Positions 21,169 to 32,756 of a stretch of DNA of 64,000 nucleotides are shown here, in pieces. This DNA is from Thalassobaculaceae bacterium. Lineage in GTDB: Bacteria; Pseudomonadota; Alphaproteobacteria; Thalassobaculales; Thalassobaculaceae. Position 1 is the stretch's first letter; each line of letters opens with the position of its first letter. The notes under the pieces are model-generated. The model searched no databases. It was given only the letters and a program-made list of their open reading frames with translations, and was not told the origin of the DNA. The DNA is taken from positions 3,764,616-3,828,615 of the forward strand of contig OZ245843.1 of NCBI GenBank assembly GCA_965228875.1, in the 5' to 3' direction. The position numbers were made by a program, and so were the translations under genes.

Positions 21169-21876
21169 TCAGTCCGCCGCGCCGGTCCAGATCGGGTTGG
21201 ACAGCTTCTCGAGGAACGACGCATGGGCCGCCTGCTCCGCGTCGCTGGGAGCGTGGGGGCGCGGTTCACGATAGATTCGGTCTATCTTCTCGGCCAATCC
21301 GATAGCCGTTCCCCGGGTCGTCGACCCCCCGGCGTCGTCCGATGCGGGGGCCATCAGGTCCGGCTGCCGGCCTCCGATCAGTTCCAGATACACCGACGCC
21401 AGCAGGTCGGCGTCGATCAGGGCGCCGTGAAGCTCGCGGTTCGAATTGTCGATTTCAAACCGGCGGCACAGCGCGTCCAGGCTGACCTGCGCCCCCGGAT
21501 ACTTGCGGCGGGCGAGCGCGACCGTATCCAGCGCCCGGTCCATCGGAAGCGGCGGCCGCCCGGCCAGCTCCAGCTCCTTGTTGAGGAAGCGCATGTCGAA
21601 CTTGGCATTGTGGATGATCAGGGTCGCGTCGCCCAGGAACTCGAGGATCTCGTCGACCAGCTCACCAAACAGCGGATAGCCGGACAGGAACTCCGCCGAC
21701 AGTCCGTGGACCGCGAACGCCCCCTCCGGCATGTCGCGTTCAGGGTTCATGTAGTGGTGAAGCGTGCGACCCGTCGGGACGTGGTTGATCAGTTCGAGAC
21801 AGCCGATTTCGACGACCCGGTCGCCGGTTTCGGGATCCAGGCCCGTCGTCTCCGTGTCGAGCACGATCTCGCGCAT
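21169..21876 (-). CDS. dnaQ: DNA polymerase III epsilon subunit
   Basis: MREIVLDTETTG, HNAKFD, HGALIDA. Confidence 0.96.
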   Translation of the reverse strand: MREIVLDTETTGLDPETGDRVVEIGCLELINHVPTGRTLHHYMNPERDMPEGAFAVHGLSAEFLSGYPLFGELVDEILEFLGDATLIIHNAKFDMRFLNKELELAGRPPLPMDRALDTVALARRKYPGAQVSLDALCRRFEIDNSNRELHGALIDADLLASVYLELIGGRQPDLMAPASDDAGGSTTRGTAIGLAEKIDRIYREPRPHAPSDAEQAAHASFLEKLSNPIWTGAAD

Positions 21877-22490
21877 TCTGTCCTCTTTCCCCAAGCCGCA
21901 TCCCGGCGCAGTCGGACGACGATGCGTTTCACGCTCCGCATCGCCGCCGCCCGCCCCAGGCCGGTCGGAATCACCACCTCGGCCCGGCGCCGCTTTTCGC
22001 CATCGGGCATCTGCTTGTCCAGAATACGCGCCAACCGGTCCGCGGTCATCCCGGGGCGGGTCAGCACGCGCTGACGCTGCAGGAACGCCGGGGCGCTGAC
22101 CACCGCCACCAGGTCGCAGCGTCGGTGGCCACCGCCCTCAAGCAGCAGCGGCACATCGAGCACGGCGAGCGTCCGGCGATCGCGCCGGCAGCGATCCAGG
22201 AACCTCCGGGTCCGTTCCGTTACCAGCGGATGGACGATCTGCTCCAGCCGGCGCAGCGCCGCCGCGTCACCGAACACCAGGGAACCGAGCACCGAACGAT
22301 CCACCGCGCCGCCGCGCACGGTGTCGGGAAACGCCTCGGCGATCGGCGCGACCGCCTCGCCCCCGGCCCTCATCATGTCGTGGACACTGGCGTCGGCATC
22401 GTGAACCGGGACACCGAGCTGGCGGAACATCTGCGCGGTCGTGCTCTTGCCCATGCCGATGGAACCGGTCAGGCCGAGGATTACGGTCAT
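21789..22490 (-). CDS. coaE: Dephospho-CoA kinase
   Basis: GLTGSIGMGKST, DVPLLLE; 3' end overlaps dnaQ by 88 nt. Confidence 0.94.
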   Translation of the reverse strand: MTVILGLTGSIGMGKSTTAQMFRQLGVPVHDADASVHDMMRAGGEAVAPIAEAFPDTVRGGAVDRSVLGSLVFGDAAALRRLEQIVHPLVTERTRRFLDRCRRDRRTLAVLDVPLLLEGGGHRRCDLVAVVSAPAFLQRQRVLTRPGMTADRLARILDKQMPDGEKRRRAEVVIPTGLGRAAAMRSVKRIVVRLRRDAAWGKRTECARSCSTRRRRAWIPKPATGSSKSAVSN

Positions 22491-23119
22491 GTCGCGAGAA
22501 CGCCGTGGGTCCGCAGGAAGTCGAGCAGCGGCAGCAGCGGCAGACCGAGAACGGTGAAATAATCGCCCTCGACGCCGGTGAACAGCTGCCCGCCGAGCCC
22601 TTCGAGCTGATAGGCGCCGACCGACAGGAACGCTTCCTCGCCGACCGTGTCGAGGTACCGGTCGATGAACGCCGGCGACAGCGGGCGCATGCGCATCGTG
22701 ACACTGTCCATGGCGTGCCAGATCCGGCTGCCGCCGCGGGCCACGACTACGGCCGTCACCAGCCGATGGGTCCGTCCCGACAGGGCGGTCAGCGTCGCAT
22801 GGGCGTGGTCGCGGTCGACGGGCTTCTCGAACCAGACCCCGCCGCAGTCGAGCATCTGGTCGGAACCGATGACCAGGGCCTCGGGATGGCGGCGCGAGAT
22901 GGCCACCGCCTTCAGCTCCGCCAGCATGGAGGCGACGTCCTCGGTCGTGGCGTTCTCGGCCTTCAGGGAATCCCGCACCGATCCCTCGTCCACCCCCGGA
23001 ACGTCGACCGTGAACGGCACACCGGCATCGCGGAGCATGCGTGCGCGAAACCGGCTTCCCGACGCCAGGACAACGGGGACCGATCCGGCGTTCGCGCCGA
23101 GCAGTGTCGGTTCATCCAT
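22487..23119 (-). CDS. maf: Maf-family nucleoside triphosphate pyrophosphatase
   Basis: VLASGSRFR, IGSDQ, SVGAYQLEG, GDYFTVLGLPL. Confidence 0.93.
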   Translation of the reverse strand: MDEPTLLGANAGSVPVVLASGSRFRARMLRDAGVPFTVDVPGVDEGSVRDSLKAENATTEDVASMLAELKAVAISRRHPEALVIGSDQMLDCGGVWFEKPVDRDHAHATLTALSGRTHRLVTAVVVARGGSRIWHAMDSVTMRMRPLSPAFIDRYLDTVGEEAFLSVGAYQLEGLGGQLFTGVEGDYFTVLGLPLLPLLDFLRTHGVLAT

Positions 23120-23939
23120 GTCCGCTCTCCCGCGCCTCGAGATGCTGCAGCACCGCCGCCGACGTCTCCTCGATCGACCGTCGCGTCACGTCGATCACCG
23201 GCCATCCGTTGCGCACGAACATGCGCCGCGCCTCGGCCACTTCCTTGCGGACCTGTTCCAGAGCCACGTAATCGGTCTCCTCGCGCTGCTTGAGCATCAG
23301 CACCCGGTTCCGGCGGACCTGGATCAGACGGGCGGGGTCGGTCGTGAAGGCGACCACAAGCGGGCGTTTCAGGTTGAAGATCTCGTCGGGCGGCGGGACG
23401 TCGGGAACGATCGGAACGTTCGCCGTCTTGTAGCCCCGGTTGGCCAGATAGAGCGAGGTCGGCGTCTTCGAGGTACGGGACACGCCGACGATCACGATGT
23501 CCGCCTCCTCCAGGTCGTGGACCAGTTGGCCGTCGTCATGGGCAAGGGTGTAGTCCATCGCCTCGATGCGGTTGAAATAGGCTGCGTCCATCTCGTGCTG
23601 ACGGCCGGGCCGCGGATGGGATTCCCGGCCCATGAACGCCGCGAGCGCCATGACGGTGGGATCGAGCACCGGCAGACAGGGCACCTCGACGCGCCGGCAG
23701 GCCTCCTCGAGACGCCGGCGCAGCTCCGTATCGACCAGGGTGAACAGCACCGGACCCGGGTTCGTCTCGATCCCGGCGATCACCTTGTCGAGATAGCTCG
23801 ACGTGCGGACCAGGGACCACACGTGTTCCTTCGCCCGGACGTCCTCGAACTGCACCAGACAGGCGCGGGCGATCTGGTGATTGGTCTCGCCGGTGGCGTC
23901 GGACACGAGATGGAGATGCAGCAGGTCCGACGCGCTCAT
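23112..23939 (-). CDS. Pyruvate,water/phosphate dikinase regulatory protein (DUF299)
   Basis: HLVSDATGET, HDDG, GVSRTSKTPTS, DVTRRSIEET. Confidence 0.94.
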   Translation of the reverse strand: MSASDLLHLHLVSDATGETNHQIARACLVQFEDVRAKEHVWSLVRTSSYLDKVIAGIETNPGPVLFTLVDTELRRRLEEACRRVEVPCLPVLDPTVMALAAFMGRESHPRPGRQHEMDAAYFNRIEAMDYTLAHDDGQLVHDLEEADIVIVGVSRTSKTPTSLYLANRGYKTANVPIVPDVPPPDEIFNLKRPLVVAFTTDPARLIQVRRNRVLMLKQREETDYVALEQVRKEVAEARRMFVRNGWPVIDVTRRSIEETSAAVLQHLEARESGHG

Positions 23940-24349
23940 CCACCGGACTCCTGGGGAGAACTCGACCCGGCCTCTGGATAACCCGGCCCGATTACGATGC
24001 TGGCGAAATCGCTCAAGGATCACCTCGATTCACTGCCCGGCCCTATCAAGGACGGGATAACTCTATCGACCTCATCGGACACCGTCGTCGCGTCGTCGCT
24101 TGCAGACACTGTCCACGTTATCCCCGTCATTCAAGTCCGCAGATCGGCCCCGGTCGTGCGCGGGTCCGGAGCGGGTCTCGCGAATTTCCTCCCCAGGACG
24201 GCATCCGAAATCTCGATGACAATGGATCTGTGGACGGCCGGTGGAGCGAATTTGATCCCCGGCTTTCCACCCCCCAACCACTGCTCCCCCCTATATTTTA
24301 AAAAAGAGATTAGGGTAGAGAAGTTATCCCGAACCCGACGGAGCGCGAC
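23940..24349. other. Probable chromosomal replication origin (oriC)
   Basis: Intergenic region upstream of hemE (typical alphaproteobacterial oriC site); DnaA-box-like TCTGGATAA 23973 and TTATCCCCG 24118 plus weaker boxes; AT-rich tract 24292-24312; GANTC sites at 23946 and 24027. Confidence 0.75.
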
Positions 24350-25372
24350 ATGCCGGCCATCCCCCTGCTGGACACGCTGAACGGCCAGACCGGATCACCG
24401 CCACCGATCTGGCTGATGCGTCAGGCCGGCCGGTATCTGCCGGAGTACCGTCAGGTCCGCCAGAAAGCCGGCGGCTTCGTCGATCTGTGTCTCAACCCGG
24501 AGCTTGCCTGCGAGGTCACCCTGCAGCCAATCCGCCGCTTCGGCTTCGATGCGGCGATCCTGTTCTCGGACATCCTCATGGTGCCCTACGGCCTCGGCCG
24601 CCGGCTCGAGTTCCAGGAGGGACGCGGACCGGTGCTCGATCCGGTCGAGAGCGCGGCCGATCTCCCGGTCTTCGACGCCGAGGCGTTCCACGCTCGGATC
24701 GGCAACGTCTACGAGACGGTCTTGCGGCTTCGCGAGGCTCTGGCGCCGGAGGTGACGCTGATCGGGTTCGCCGGAAGCCCTTGGACAGTCGCCTCCTACA
24801 TGGTCGAAGGCGGCAGCAGCAAGGACTTCGCCCGGCTCAAGACCCTGGCCTTCGCGCGCCCGGCGGAATTCCAGGCGCTGATCGATCTCCTGGTCGACGC
24901 CACGGTGGCGTATCTCGATCGCCAGGTCGCGGCCGGCGCCCAGGTGGTGAAGCTGTTCGACAGTTGGGCGGGGGCGGCACCGGAAACCGTGTTCCAGCGG
25001 GCTGTGGTCGCCCCGACGGCGGAGATCGTCCGGCGGCTCAAGGTGCTGCATCCGACGGTGAAGGTGATCGGGTTCGCCCGGGGTGCCGGCGCGATGACAC
25101 GGGGCTACGGCTCGCAGACGGGGATCGACGCGCTGGCCCTGGACAGTTCGATTCCGCTGGCCATGGCATGCGCCCTTCAGGCCGACCGACCGGTTCAGGG
25201 CAACCTCGACCCGATGGCCCTCGTGGCGGGCGGCGACGCGCTTCTCGCCGAGACCGATCGGATCCTGGACGCTCTGTCCGGCGGACCGTTCATCTTCAAC
25301 CTCGGTCATGGCATCGTTCCGCAGACGCCGCCGGAGCATGTGGCGGCGCTGGTCAACCGGATCCGGGGCTGA
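24350..25372 (+). CDS. hemE: Uroporphyrinogen decarboxylase
   Basis: WLMRQAGRYLPEY, AAILFSDIL, FNLGHGI. Confidence 0.97.
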   Translation: MPAIPLLDTLNGQTGSPPPIWLMRQAGRYLPEYRQVRQKAGGFVDLCLNPELACEVTLQPIRRFGFDAAILFSDILMVPYGLGRRLEFQEGRGPVLDPVESAADLPVFDAEAFHARIGNVYETVLRLREALAPEVTLIGFAGSPWTVASYMVEGGSSKDFARLKTLAFARPAEFQALIDLLVDATVAYLDRQVAAGAQVVKLFDSWAGAAPETVFQRAVVAPTAEIVRRLKVLHPTVKVIGFARGAGAMTRGYGSQTGIDALALDSSIPLAMACALQADRPVQGNLDPMALVAGGDALLAETDRILDALSGGPFIFNLGHGIVPQTPPEHVAALVNRIRG

Positions 25373-25378
25373 GGCGCG

Positions 25379-25810
25379 ATGGACCTCTATCTGATCGTCA
25401 AATGGTTGCACGTGGTCAGCGTCATCTCCTGGATGGCCGGCCTGCTCTACCTGCCGCGGCTGTTCGTCTACCACGCCGGCGAGGCGCCGGGATCCGACAC
25501 GTCCGAGACGTTCAAGGTGATGGAACGTCGGCTCTACAAGGCGATCATGAACCCCGCTATGATGGCCAGCTGGGTGTTCGGTCTGTGGATGCTGTGGCTG
25601 ACGCCGGGATGGCTTGAAGACGGCTGGATGCACGCCAAATTGTTCCTCGTCATGGCGATGACGGCGATGCATCACGTGATGGGGCGCTGGCGGAAGGCAT
25701 TCGCCGCCGACGCCAATTCCCATGGGGACCGCTACTATCGAATCGCCAACGAAGTTCCGACGGTCATCATGGTGGCGATTGTGTTCCTGGTGATCGCCAA
25801 ACCGTTTTAG
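25379..25810 (+). CDS. hemJ: Protoporphyrinogen oxidase HemJ
   Basis: WMAGLLYLPRLFVYH, MERRL, NEVPT. Confidence 0.94.
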   Translation: MDLYLIVKWLHVVSVISWMAGLLYLPRLFVYHAGEAPGSDTSETFKVMERRLYKAIMNPAMMASWVFGLWMLWLTPGWLEDGWMHAKLFLVMAMTAMHHVMGRWRKAFAADANSHGDRYYRIANEVPTVIMVAIVFLVIAKPF

Positions 25811-26006
25811 GATCCGCCGCCGGGTCATCGCCGTTGACACCGTCCGGTGTCTCGGGTATGGCCTATTCCGGTCGCTTGGCGCGACACTTTCTCCGGAACA
25901 TTGCGTGTTTTGCAGACGGGCCCCGTTCGGACGGGCTTATGGGTAAGACGAAAGCCCTGTGCGTCGGCCGTGTTCCGGTCCCTTCCCCGAAGGCTATCCA
26001 CAGCAG

Positions 26007-27266
<1,260 letters not shown>

Positions 27267-27297
27267 CCGTTCAGGATGTCGAGAGCCTTTCCGGGAC

Positions 27298-27328
27298 GGG
27301 CCGGCCTTCGGGTCGGCCCTTTCTCTTT
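27298..27328 (+). terminator. Intrinsic terminator after rho
   Basis: GGGCCGGCC-TTCG-GGTCGGCCC followed by TTTCTCTTT. Confidence 0.85.
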
Positions 27329-27748
27329 CCGCCCCCATGCCTTGCCGCCCCCGGGTGTGCGTGATAGCTCACAGGCACATGGTTCAACCGCGTGCGGCCA
27401 GGCTCCAATGGATCAGGACATCTCGCAAGACGGTCGCCGATCCGAAACGCGTCCGCCGGTGCCGCGCATCTTCGGGCGCTGGATAGTGGGGACTCGCCGC
27501 TGGGGATCGTTGGGCACCGTCCCGACGAAGGACCCGAGGGACGTCGCTACATCGCGTGGCCACTACTCTCGCAAAGGACAGAAAAGCGCTAGAAATCAGT
27601 TGGTTGGTTCCGCGTTCCCGCGGTGGTCATACCCCGTTGATCCGGTGATCGCTTCTGTCGTCGCTACCCATATCGCTACCCCGCCGATGGGGCGCGTCGG
27701 GCGGGATGGGCGGCCGGCCCTCGCCGTCGGCGCCGCCTGAACCGGCCG

Positions 27749-28429
27749 ATGGCGGATCCGCGCAAGCCTCGCAGACCGACATCGGAGGAGCTCGAACTGT
27801 TCGGCAAGGTGCTGCGCGACGCGGTCCCGATCGACAGCGACCGCCACGCCACGCACGCGGTCCCTCCGGAGGCGCCGCCCGAACCGCCACCGGAGCCGGT
27901 CAAGGCCGGGGACGACGCGCCCGATACCGGCCCAGCCCTGCCGAAACCTGCAGGACAGAGGCGCAAGCGGGCGGCGGCGCCAACCCCGGCGGTCCCCGAT
28001 ATCGTGCCCTCCGACCTGCAGGATCATGCCCATGGCGGCGCCCCGGGCATGGACCGCCGCCTGCAGCTCCGCCTCAAACGCGGCCAGCTTCCGATCGAGG
28101 GTCGCATCGACCTGCACGGGCTCAGCCGCGAGAAGGCGCATGTGGCCCTCAACGGTTTCCTCGCCCGTCAGGAGGCCCTGGACCGACGCTGCGTGCTGGT
28201 GATCACCGGCAAGGGGCGCCCTGACTGGCACCGCCCGGCCTGGGGCAGCGACGAGCGGGAGATCGGCGTGATCCGCCGGGCCCTGCCGGGCTGGCTGTCC
28301 GACTACCCCAATCGGGAACGGGTGCTGGCTTTCGCCCCCGCCCAGCCGCAGGACGGCGGTAAGGGGGCCTGGTATGTTCTGCTGCGCCGGCGCCGGGACA
28401 GGACGCGCGGAACGGGGTCGGGTCCGTGA
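27749..28429 (+). CDS. Smr/MutS2 C-terminal domain protein
   Basis: IDLHGL, VLVITGKG, GGKGAWYVLLRR. Confidence 0.92.
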   Translation: MADPRKPRRPTSEELELFGKVLRDAVPIDSDRHATHAVPPEAPPEPPPEPVKAGDDAPDTGPALPKPAGQRRKRAAAPTPAVPDIVPSDLQDHAHGGAPGMDRRLQLRLKRGQLPIEGRIDLHGLSREKAHVALNGFLARQEALDRRCVLVITGKGRPDWHRPAWGSDEREIGVIRRALPGWLSDYPNRERVLAFAPAQPQDGGKGAWYVLLRRRRDRTRGTGSGP

Positions 28430-28779
28430 CCCCGCTCGGCGCGCGCCTGCGGGAACTGCGCGAGTCCCGGGGCCTGACCCTGGCCCAGATGGCGGAGGGT
28501 CTCGGGGTGTCCGCCGCCTACCTGTCGGCGGTCGAGCACGGCAAGAGGGCGCGGCCGCGCTCCGGCTTCCTCGAACTGGTCAACGCCTGCCTGGCGCTGG
28601 ACTGGGAGGAGGCGGAGGAACTCCGCCGGCTCTCGGAAATATCGCGACCGCGTGTCCTGCTGGATACTGCGGGACTCAGCCCGAAAGCGACGGAACTCGC
28701 GAACCGGCTGGCGGAGCGGATCCGCGACCTGGACGACACCAGGATCGACACGTTGCTGGCCGAACTTCGCGACCCCTGA
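28426..28779 (+). CDS. XRE-family HTH regulator
   Basis: MTPLGARLRELR..GVSAAYLSAVEHGKR, DTAGLSPKATE. Confidence 0.9.
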   Translation: MTPLGARLRELRESRGLTLAQMAEGLGVSAAYLSAVEHGKRARPRSGFLELVNACLALDWEEAEELRRLSEISRPRVLLDTAGLSPKATELANRLAERIRDLDDTRIDTLLAELRDP

Positions 28780-28785
28780 CCGCGA

Positions 28786-29901
28786 TCAGCTCTCCGGTGT
28801 GCGCGGTCGGAAGATCAGATGGCTGTTGCGGTCGGGGCGTCCCAGTACCGGCGCATTGACGAGCGCGTCCAGGCCCTCGGGGTCGAGCTCGGTCATGCCG
28901 CGGTCCTGCAGGTCGAAGACCCGCCAGCGGTCGGCCGGAAACAGGCTGGAGAACCCCTCGACCTCGGTGCCGAAATCGCCGACCGAATGGGCGTGGTATT
29001 CGACCAGGAACTCGGTCCGACCGGCGGCGATCAGCCGGCGGGCGCCGGCGAGGATCCGCAGTTCGAGACCCTCGGCGTCGATCTTGACCAGACGCGGGGG
29101 GTCGCCATCGGCGAACAGGGTGTCCAGGCGCATCACCGGCACGGCTTGGGCGTTGCGGTCCCGCAGGCTCGGCCGGTGCGCGTCGTGCACCGCCAGCTCG
29201 CGGTACAGCCGGGCGCCGAGCTGGGGATTGAAACGCGGCGCGGTGGTCATGCCGTCGCGGTCGCCCGCCGCCAGGTCGAGCACATGCGCCCGGCGCACGC
29301 CGTTGAGCGCCAGGTTGCGGTCGATGACCTGGGCCAGGGGCTTCTGGAACTCGATGGCCAGGACCGTGGCACCGGCAACGCCGGCGATGCAGCTCAGGTA
29401 GCCGGTATGGGCGCCGACATCGACGAACAGGTCGCCGGGGCCCAGTATGTGGCAGAGGTAGGCGACGACGCCGGGTTCGTGCGCCGTTCCGTCCGGCATG
29501 AGCTTGCTGAAGAACGCCCGGTTCAGCACGTCGTCCAGCCCGTAGAGCACCTCGCCGACCGGTGTGCGCAGCGTGTAGACCTCGCCTGGTTCCGGCCGGT
29601 AGCGGTCGCGCACCTTGTCGCCGGCGACCATCCGCGCGCCGAGCGCGACCATGGTCTCCGCGGTCTCGCGGTCCGCGCCGGCGACCGTGGCATAGCGCCG
29701 TCCCCAGTCGCCGATCACGTCGGGCGCGGCATCCCACAGGACGGCGGTCAGAATCCGCTGGATCGCCTGCGGATCGCCCGGCGCCTCGGCCAGCGGTCGC
29801 AGGAGTTCCGCCGGCAACCGGCGCGGCCGACGCGGTTCCCCGGCGTGCTTGGCGGTGTGCTTTCCGGCGTGCCTTGTGGCGGTCGAACCCCGGTCCGTCA
29901 C
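28786..29901 (-). CDS. FkbM-family methyltransferase
   Basis: [30 protein letters not shown] start overlaps the hslU stop. Confidence 0.85.
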   Translation of the reverse strand: MTDRGSTATRHAGKHTAKHAGEPRRPRRLPAELLRPLAEAPGDPQAIQRILTAVLWDAAPDVIGDWGRRYATVAGADRETAETMVALGARMVAGDKVRDRYRPEPGEVYTLRTPVGEVLYGLDDVLNRAFFSKLMPDGTAHEPGVVAYLCHILGPGDLFVDVGAHTGYLSCIAGVAGATVLAIEFQKPLAQVIDRNLALNGVRRAHVLDLAAGDRDGMTTAPRFNPQLGARLYRELAVHDAHRPSLRDRNAQAVPVMRLDTLFADGDPPRLVKIDAEGLELRILAGARRLIAAGRTEFLVEYHAHSVGDFGTEVEGFSSLFPADRWRVFDLQDRGMTELDPEGLDALVNAPVLGRPDRNSHLIFRPRTPES

Positions 29902-31211
29902 AGGATGAACCGGCTCAAATCGGCGTCCTTGGCCAGTTCGCCGACGCGCTCGTGGACCATGGCCGCATCGACCGTCACCGACTGGCCGCCGCGGTCGGAG
30001 GCGGTGAAGCTCACGTCCTCGAGCAGCTTCTCCATCACCGTATGCAGCCGCCGCGCGCCCAGGTTCTCGACCGTGCGGTTGATCTCCACCGCCATGTCGG
30101 CCAGCGCGGCGACGGCGTCGTCGGTGAACTCGAGGGTGAGGTCCTCCGTGCCGAGAAGGGCCTTGTACTGGGTCACCAGACTGGCCTCGGGTTCGGTGAG
30201 GATCCGGCGGAAGTCGTCGCGGGTCAGCGCCTTCAGCTCGACCCGGATCGGCAACCGGCCCTGAAGTTCCGGAAGCAGGTCGGACGGTTTCGCCAGATGG
30301 AAGGCGCCGGAGGCGATGAACAGGATGAAATCGGTCTTCACCGGTCCGTGCTTGGTGGCGACCGTCGTGCCCTCGATCAGCGGCAGCAGGTCGCGCTGCA
30401 CGCCCTCGCGGCTGACATCGCCGCTCCCGCGCTCGTCCGAGCGGGCGATCTTGTCGACCTCGTCGAGGAAGACGATGCCGTTCTGCTCGACCAGCTCGAT
30501 GGCCTCGCGGGTGACGGTCTCCTCGTCCAGAAGCTTGTCCGCCTCCTCGCGCACCAGCACCTCGTAGCTTTCGGCGACCGACAGGCGCTTGCGCTTCTGC
30601 TGACCGCCGAAGGCCTTGCCGAGCATGTCGCCGAGGTTCATCACCCCCATCTGGGCGCCGGGCATCCCGGGGATGTCGAAGGCCGGCAGTCCGCCGGGCG
30701 CGCCGGAGCTGGTCACGTCGATCTCGATCTCGCGGCCGGCGAGCTCGCCCTCGCGCAGCATCTTGCGGAACTTCTGCCGGGTCTCGGCGCCGGCGCTGTC
30801 GCCGACCAGGGCGTCGATCACCCGCTCCTCAGCCTGCAGTTCCGCCTTGGCATGAACATCCTTGCGCATGCGCTCGCGGGTCATGGCGATCGCGCTCTCG
30901 ACAAGGTCGCGCACGATCGACTCGACATCGCGGCCGACATAGCCGACCTCGGTGAACTTGGTCGCCTCGACCTTCAGGAAGGGAGCGTTGGCCAGCTTCG
31001 CCAGACGCCGGGCGATCTCGGTCTTGCCGACGCCGGTCGGACCGATCATCAGAATGTTCTTCGGCAGGATCTCCTCGCGCAGCGCCTCGTCAAGCTGGCG
31101 CCGGCGCCAGCGGTTGCGGAGCGCGATGGCGACGGCCCGCTTGGCGTCGTGCTGACCGATGATGAACCGGTCGAGTTCGGAGACGATCTCGCGGGGGGAG
31201 AAATCGGTCAT
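29898..31211 (-). CDS. hslU: ATP-dependent protease ATPase subunit HslU
   Basis: [32 protein letters not shown]. Confidence 0.97.
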   Translation of the reverse strand: MTDFSPREIVSELDRFIIGQHDAKRAVAIALRNRWRRRQLDEALREEILPKNILMIGPTGVGKTEIARRLAKLANAPFLKVEATKFTEVGYVGRDVESIVRDLVESAIAMTRERMRKDVHAKAELQAEERVIDALVGDSAGAETRQKFRKMLREGELAGREIEIDVTSSGAPGGLPAFDIPGMPGAQMGVMNLGDMLGKAFGGQQKRKRLSVAESYEVLVREEADKLLDEETVTREAIELVEQNGIVFLDEVDKIARSDERGSGDVSREGVQRDLLPLIEGTTVATKHGPVKTDFILFIASGAFHLAKPSDLLPELQGRLPIRVELKALTRDDFRRILTEPEASLVTQYKALLGTEDLTLEFTDDAVAALADMAVEINRTVENLGARRLHTVMEKLLEDVSFTASDRGGQSVTVDAAMVHERVGELAKDADLSRFIL

Positions 31212-31753
31212 AGGCTTTCGACCACCACATTGTCGTTGGTGTAGATGCAGATATCGGCGGCGATCGCCATGGCCCGGCGGGCGATGGCCTCGGCGTCCAT
31301 GTCGTCGCGGTCGGCCAGGGCCCGCGCCGCGGCCAGGGCGAAGGAGCCGCCGGAACCGATGCCGATCAGCCCGTCCTCGGGCTCCAGCACATCGCCGGTA
31401 CCGGTCAGCACGAGGGAAACGTCGGCGTCGACCACCGCCATCATCGCCTCGAGCCGGCGCAGGTACCGGTCGGTCCGCCAATCCTTGGCGAGCTCGACGC
31501 AGGCGCGGGTGAGCTGGCCCGGATGCTGCTCCAGCTTGGCCTCGAGGCGCTCGAAGAGGGTGAACGCGTCCGCCGTGGCGCCGGCGAAACCGGCGATCAC
31601 GGATCCGCCGGACAGCCGGCGTACCTTGCGCGCGGTCGCCTTCATCACCGTGTTGCCGAAGGTCACCTGGCCGTCGCCGGCGACGACCACGCGATCACCC
31701 TTGCGCACGGCCAGGATGGTCGTGCCGTGCCACTGGGTCGGATCGTCCGTCAT
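31208..31753 (-). CDS. hslV: ATP-dependent protease subunit HslV
   Basis: [25 protein letters not shown]. Confidence 0.97.
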   Translation of the reverse strand: MTDDPTQWHGTTILAVRKGDRVVVAGDGQVTFGNTVMKATARKVRRLSGGSVIAGFAGATADAFTLFERLEAKLEQHPGQLTRACVELAKDWRTDRYLRRLEAMMAVVDADVSLVLTGTGDVLEPEDGLIGIGSGGSFALAAARALADRDDMDAEAIARRAMAIAADICIYTNDNVVVESL

Positions 31754-31784
31754 GCATGTCCGCCTTGGTTCGATGGTGCGGGGA

Positions 31785-31812
31785 ATGTAATGTCCCGCGC
31801 GTCCGCTTCAAG
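31785..31812 (-). promoter_or_regulatory. Putative RpoH promoter of hslVU
   Basis: CTTGAA-N15-ATTACAT on the minus strand. Confidence 0.55.
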
Positions 31813-31844
31813 CAAGGCCTCACCGACGCGAAGGGTCCCCGATC

Positions 31845-32630
31845 ATGTATTTCGCCGCGGCACCCGACGGCAGGCGCTGGCCCCTGGTCGAGCGCGGTCT
31901 TGCCGACGCCCCGACCCTGGAAACGCTGGACGCCTGTTTTCGCGAGGCCTTCGAGGTCGGACAGGAGTTCGAGGGGCTGCACAACTCCGTCAGCCTCGGT
32001 CACGCGATCCGCGAGGGTCGCCGGGAGATCGCCGACCGGGCGATCGCCGCAGTGCTGGCCGCGCCGGCCGGCGAGCGTTTGCGCTGGATTCTGGGGAACG
32101 ACCTCGTCTTTCTGATCAACAACTGCTCGCTGCGGTATCACGAGCCGGAGAACGACGAGAGCCGGCTGCGGTATCATTTCGATGCCGATTTCATCGGGAG
32201 CCAGCATCTCGCGATCAATCTCTGGGTTCCGCTCGACCCGGTCGGCGAGACCAGTCCCGGACTGACCTTCCTGAACCCGGACGCCGATGGTCGGCTGCTG
32301 ATCCAGGCCTGGCACCAGCGCATCAGCGAGACGGCCGATCCGAGCCGACCGCAGATCAAGATCCGGTTCCGGGAGGACTTCATTCTCAGCGCGATCGAGG
32401 GGCAGGTCGACCAGCCGTTCGTCACCCCGGTCCTGGCGCGCGGAGACGCGCTGCTGTTCAACCAGTTCGTCCTGCACGCGACGCAGGAGATGGCACCGCC
32501 GCACGCCATGCGGCGCTCGATCGAGTTCCGGGTCGCGGCCGCCGGTGCGATCCCGAACTTCTACCGCAATCACGGCCGGCCCGAGGAGCACTGGTCGTGG
32601 CGCGAGGGAACCTGGTCGCGGGGCGATTGA
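31845..32630 (+). CDS. Putative Fe(II)/2OG-dependent dioxygenase (PhyH-like), paralog 1
   Basis: HFDAD, NLWVPLD, GDALLFNQFVLHATQ, RRSIEFR. Confidence 0.7.
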   Translation: MYFAAAPDGRRWPLVERGLADAPTLETLDACFREAFEVGQEFEGLHNSVSLGHAIREGRREIADRAIAAVLAAPAGERLRWILGNDLVFLINNCSLRYHEPENDESRLRYHFDADFIGSQHLAINLWVPLDPVGETSPGLTFLNPDADGRLLIQAWHQRISETADPSRPQIKIRFREDFILSAIEGQVDQPFVTPVLARGDALLFNQFVLHATQEMAPPHAMRRSIEFRVAAAGAIPNFYRNHGRPEEHWSWREGTWSRGD

Positions 32631-32756
32631 ACCCGGGCCGCGGAGCGACTGGACTTGGGCCGCGGCGCTGGGTTCGACCGAAAGACGCGGGATTGTACAT
32701 CCCGGCATGCACGTTAAGCTTGCCGGTATTCGCCCGCCTCGGAAGGACAGCGGCCC

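Noticed and set aside
23997..24380. 127-aa ORF in the oriC gap
   Set aside because: No SD or motif; the region is better explained as origin/promoter DNA.
27276..27740. 154-aa ORF after rho
   Set aside because: It crosses the rho terminator, has atypical codon usage and shows no recognisable motif.
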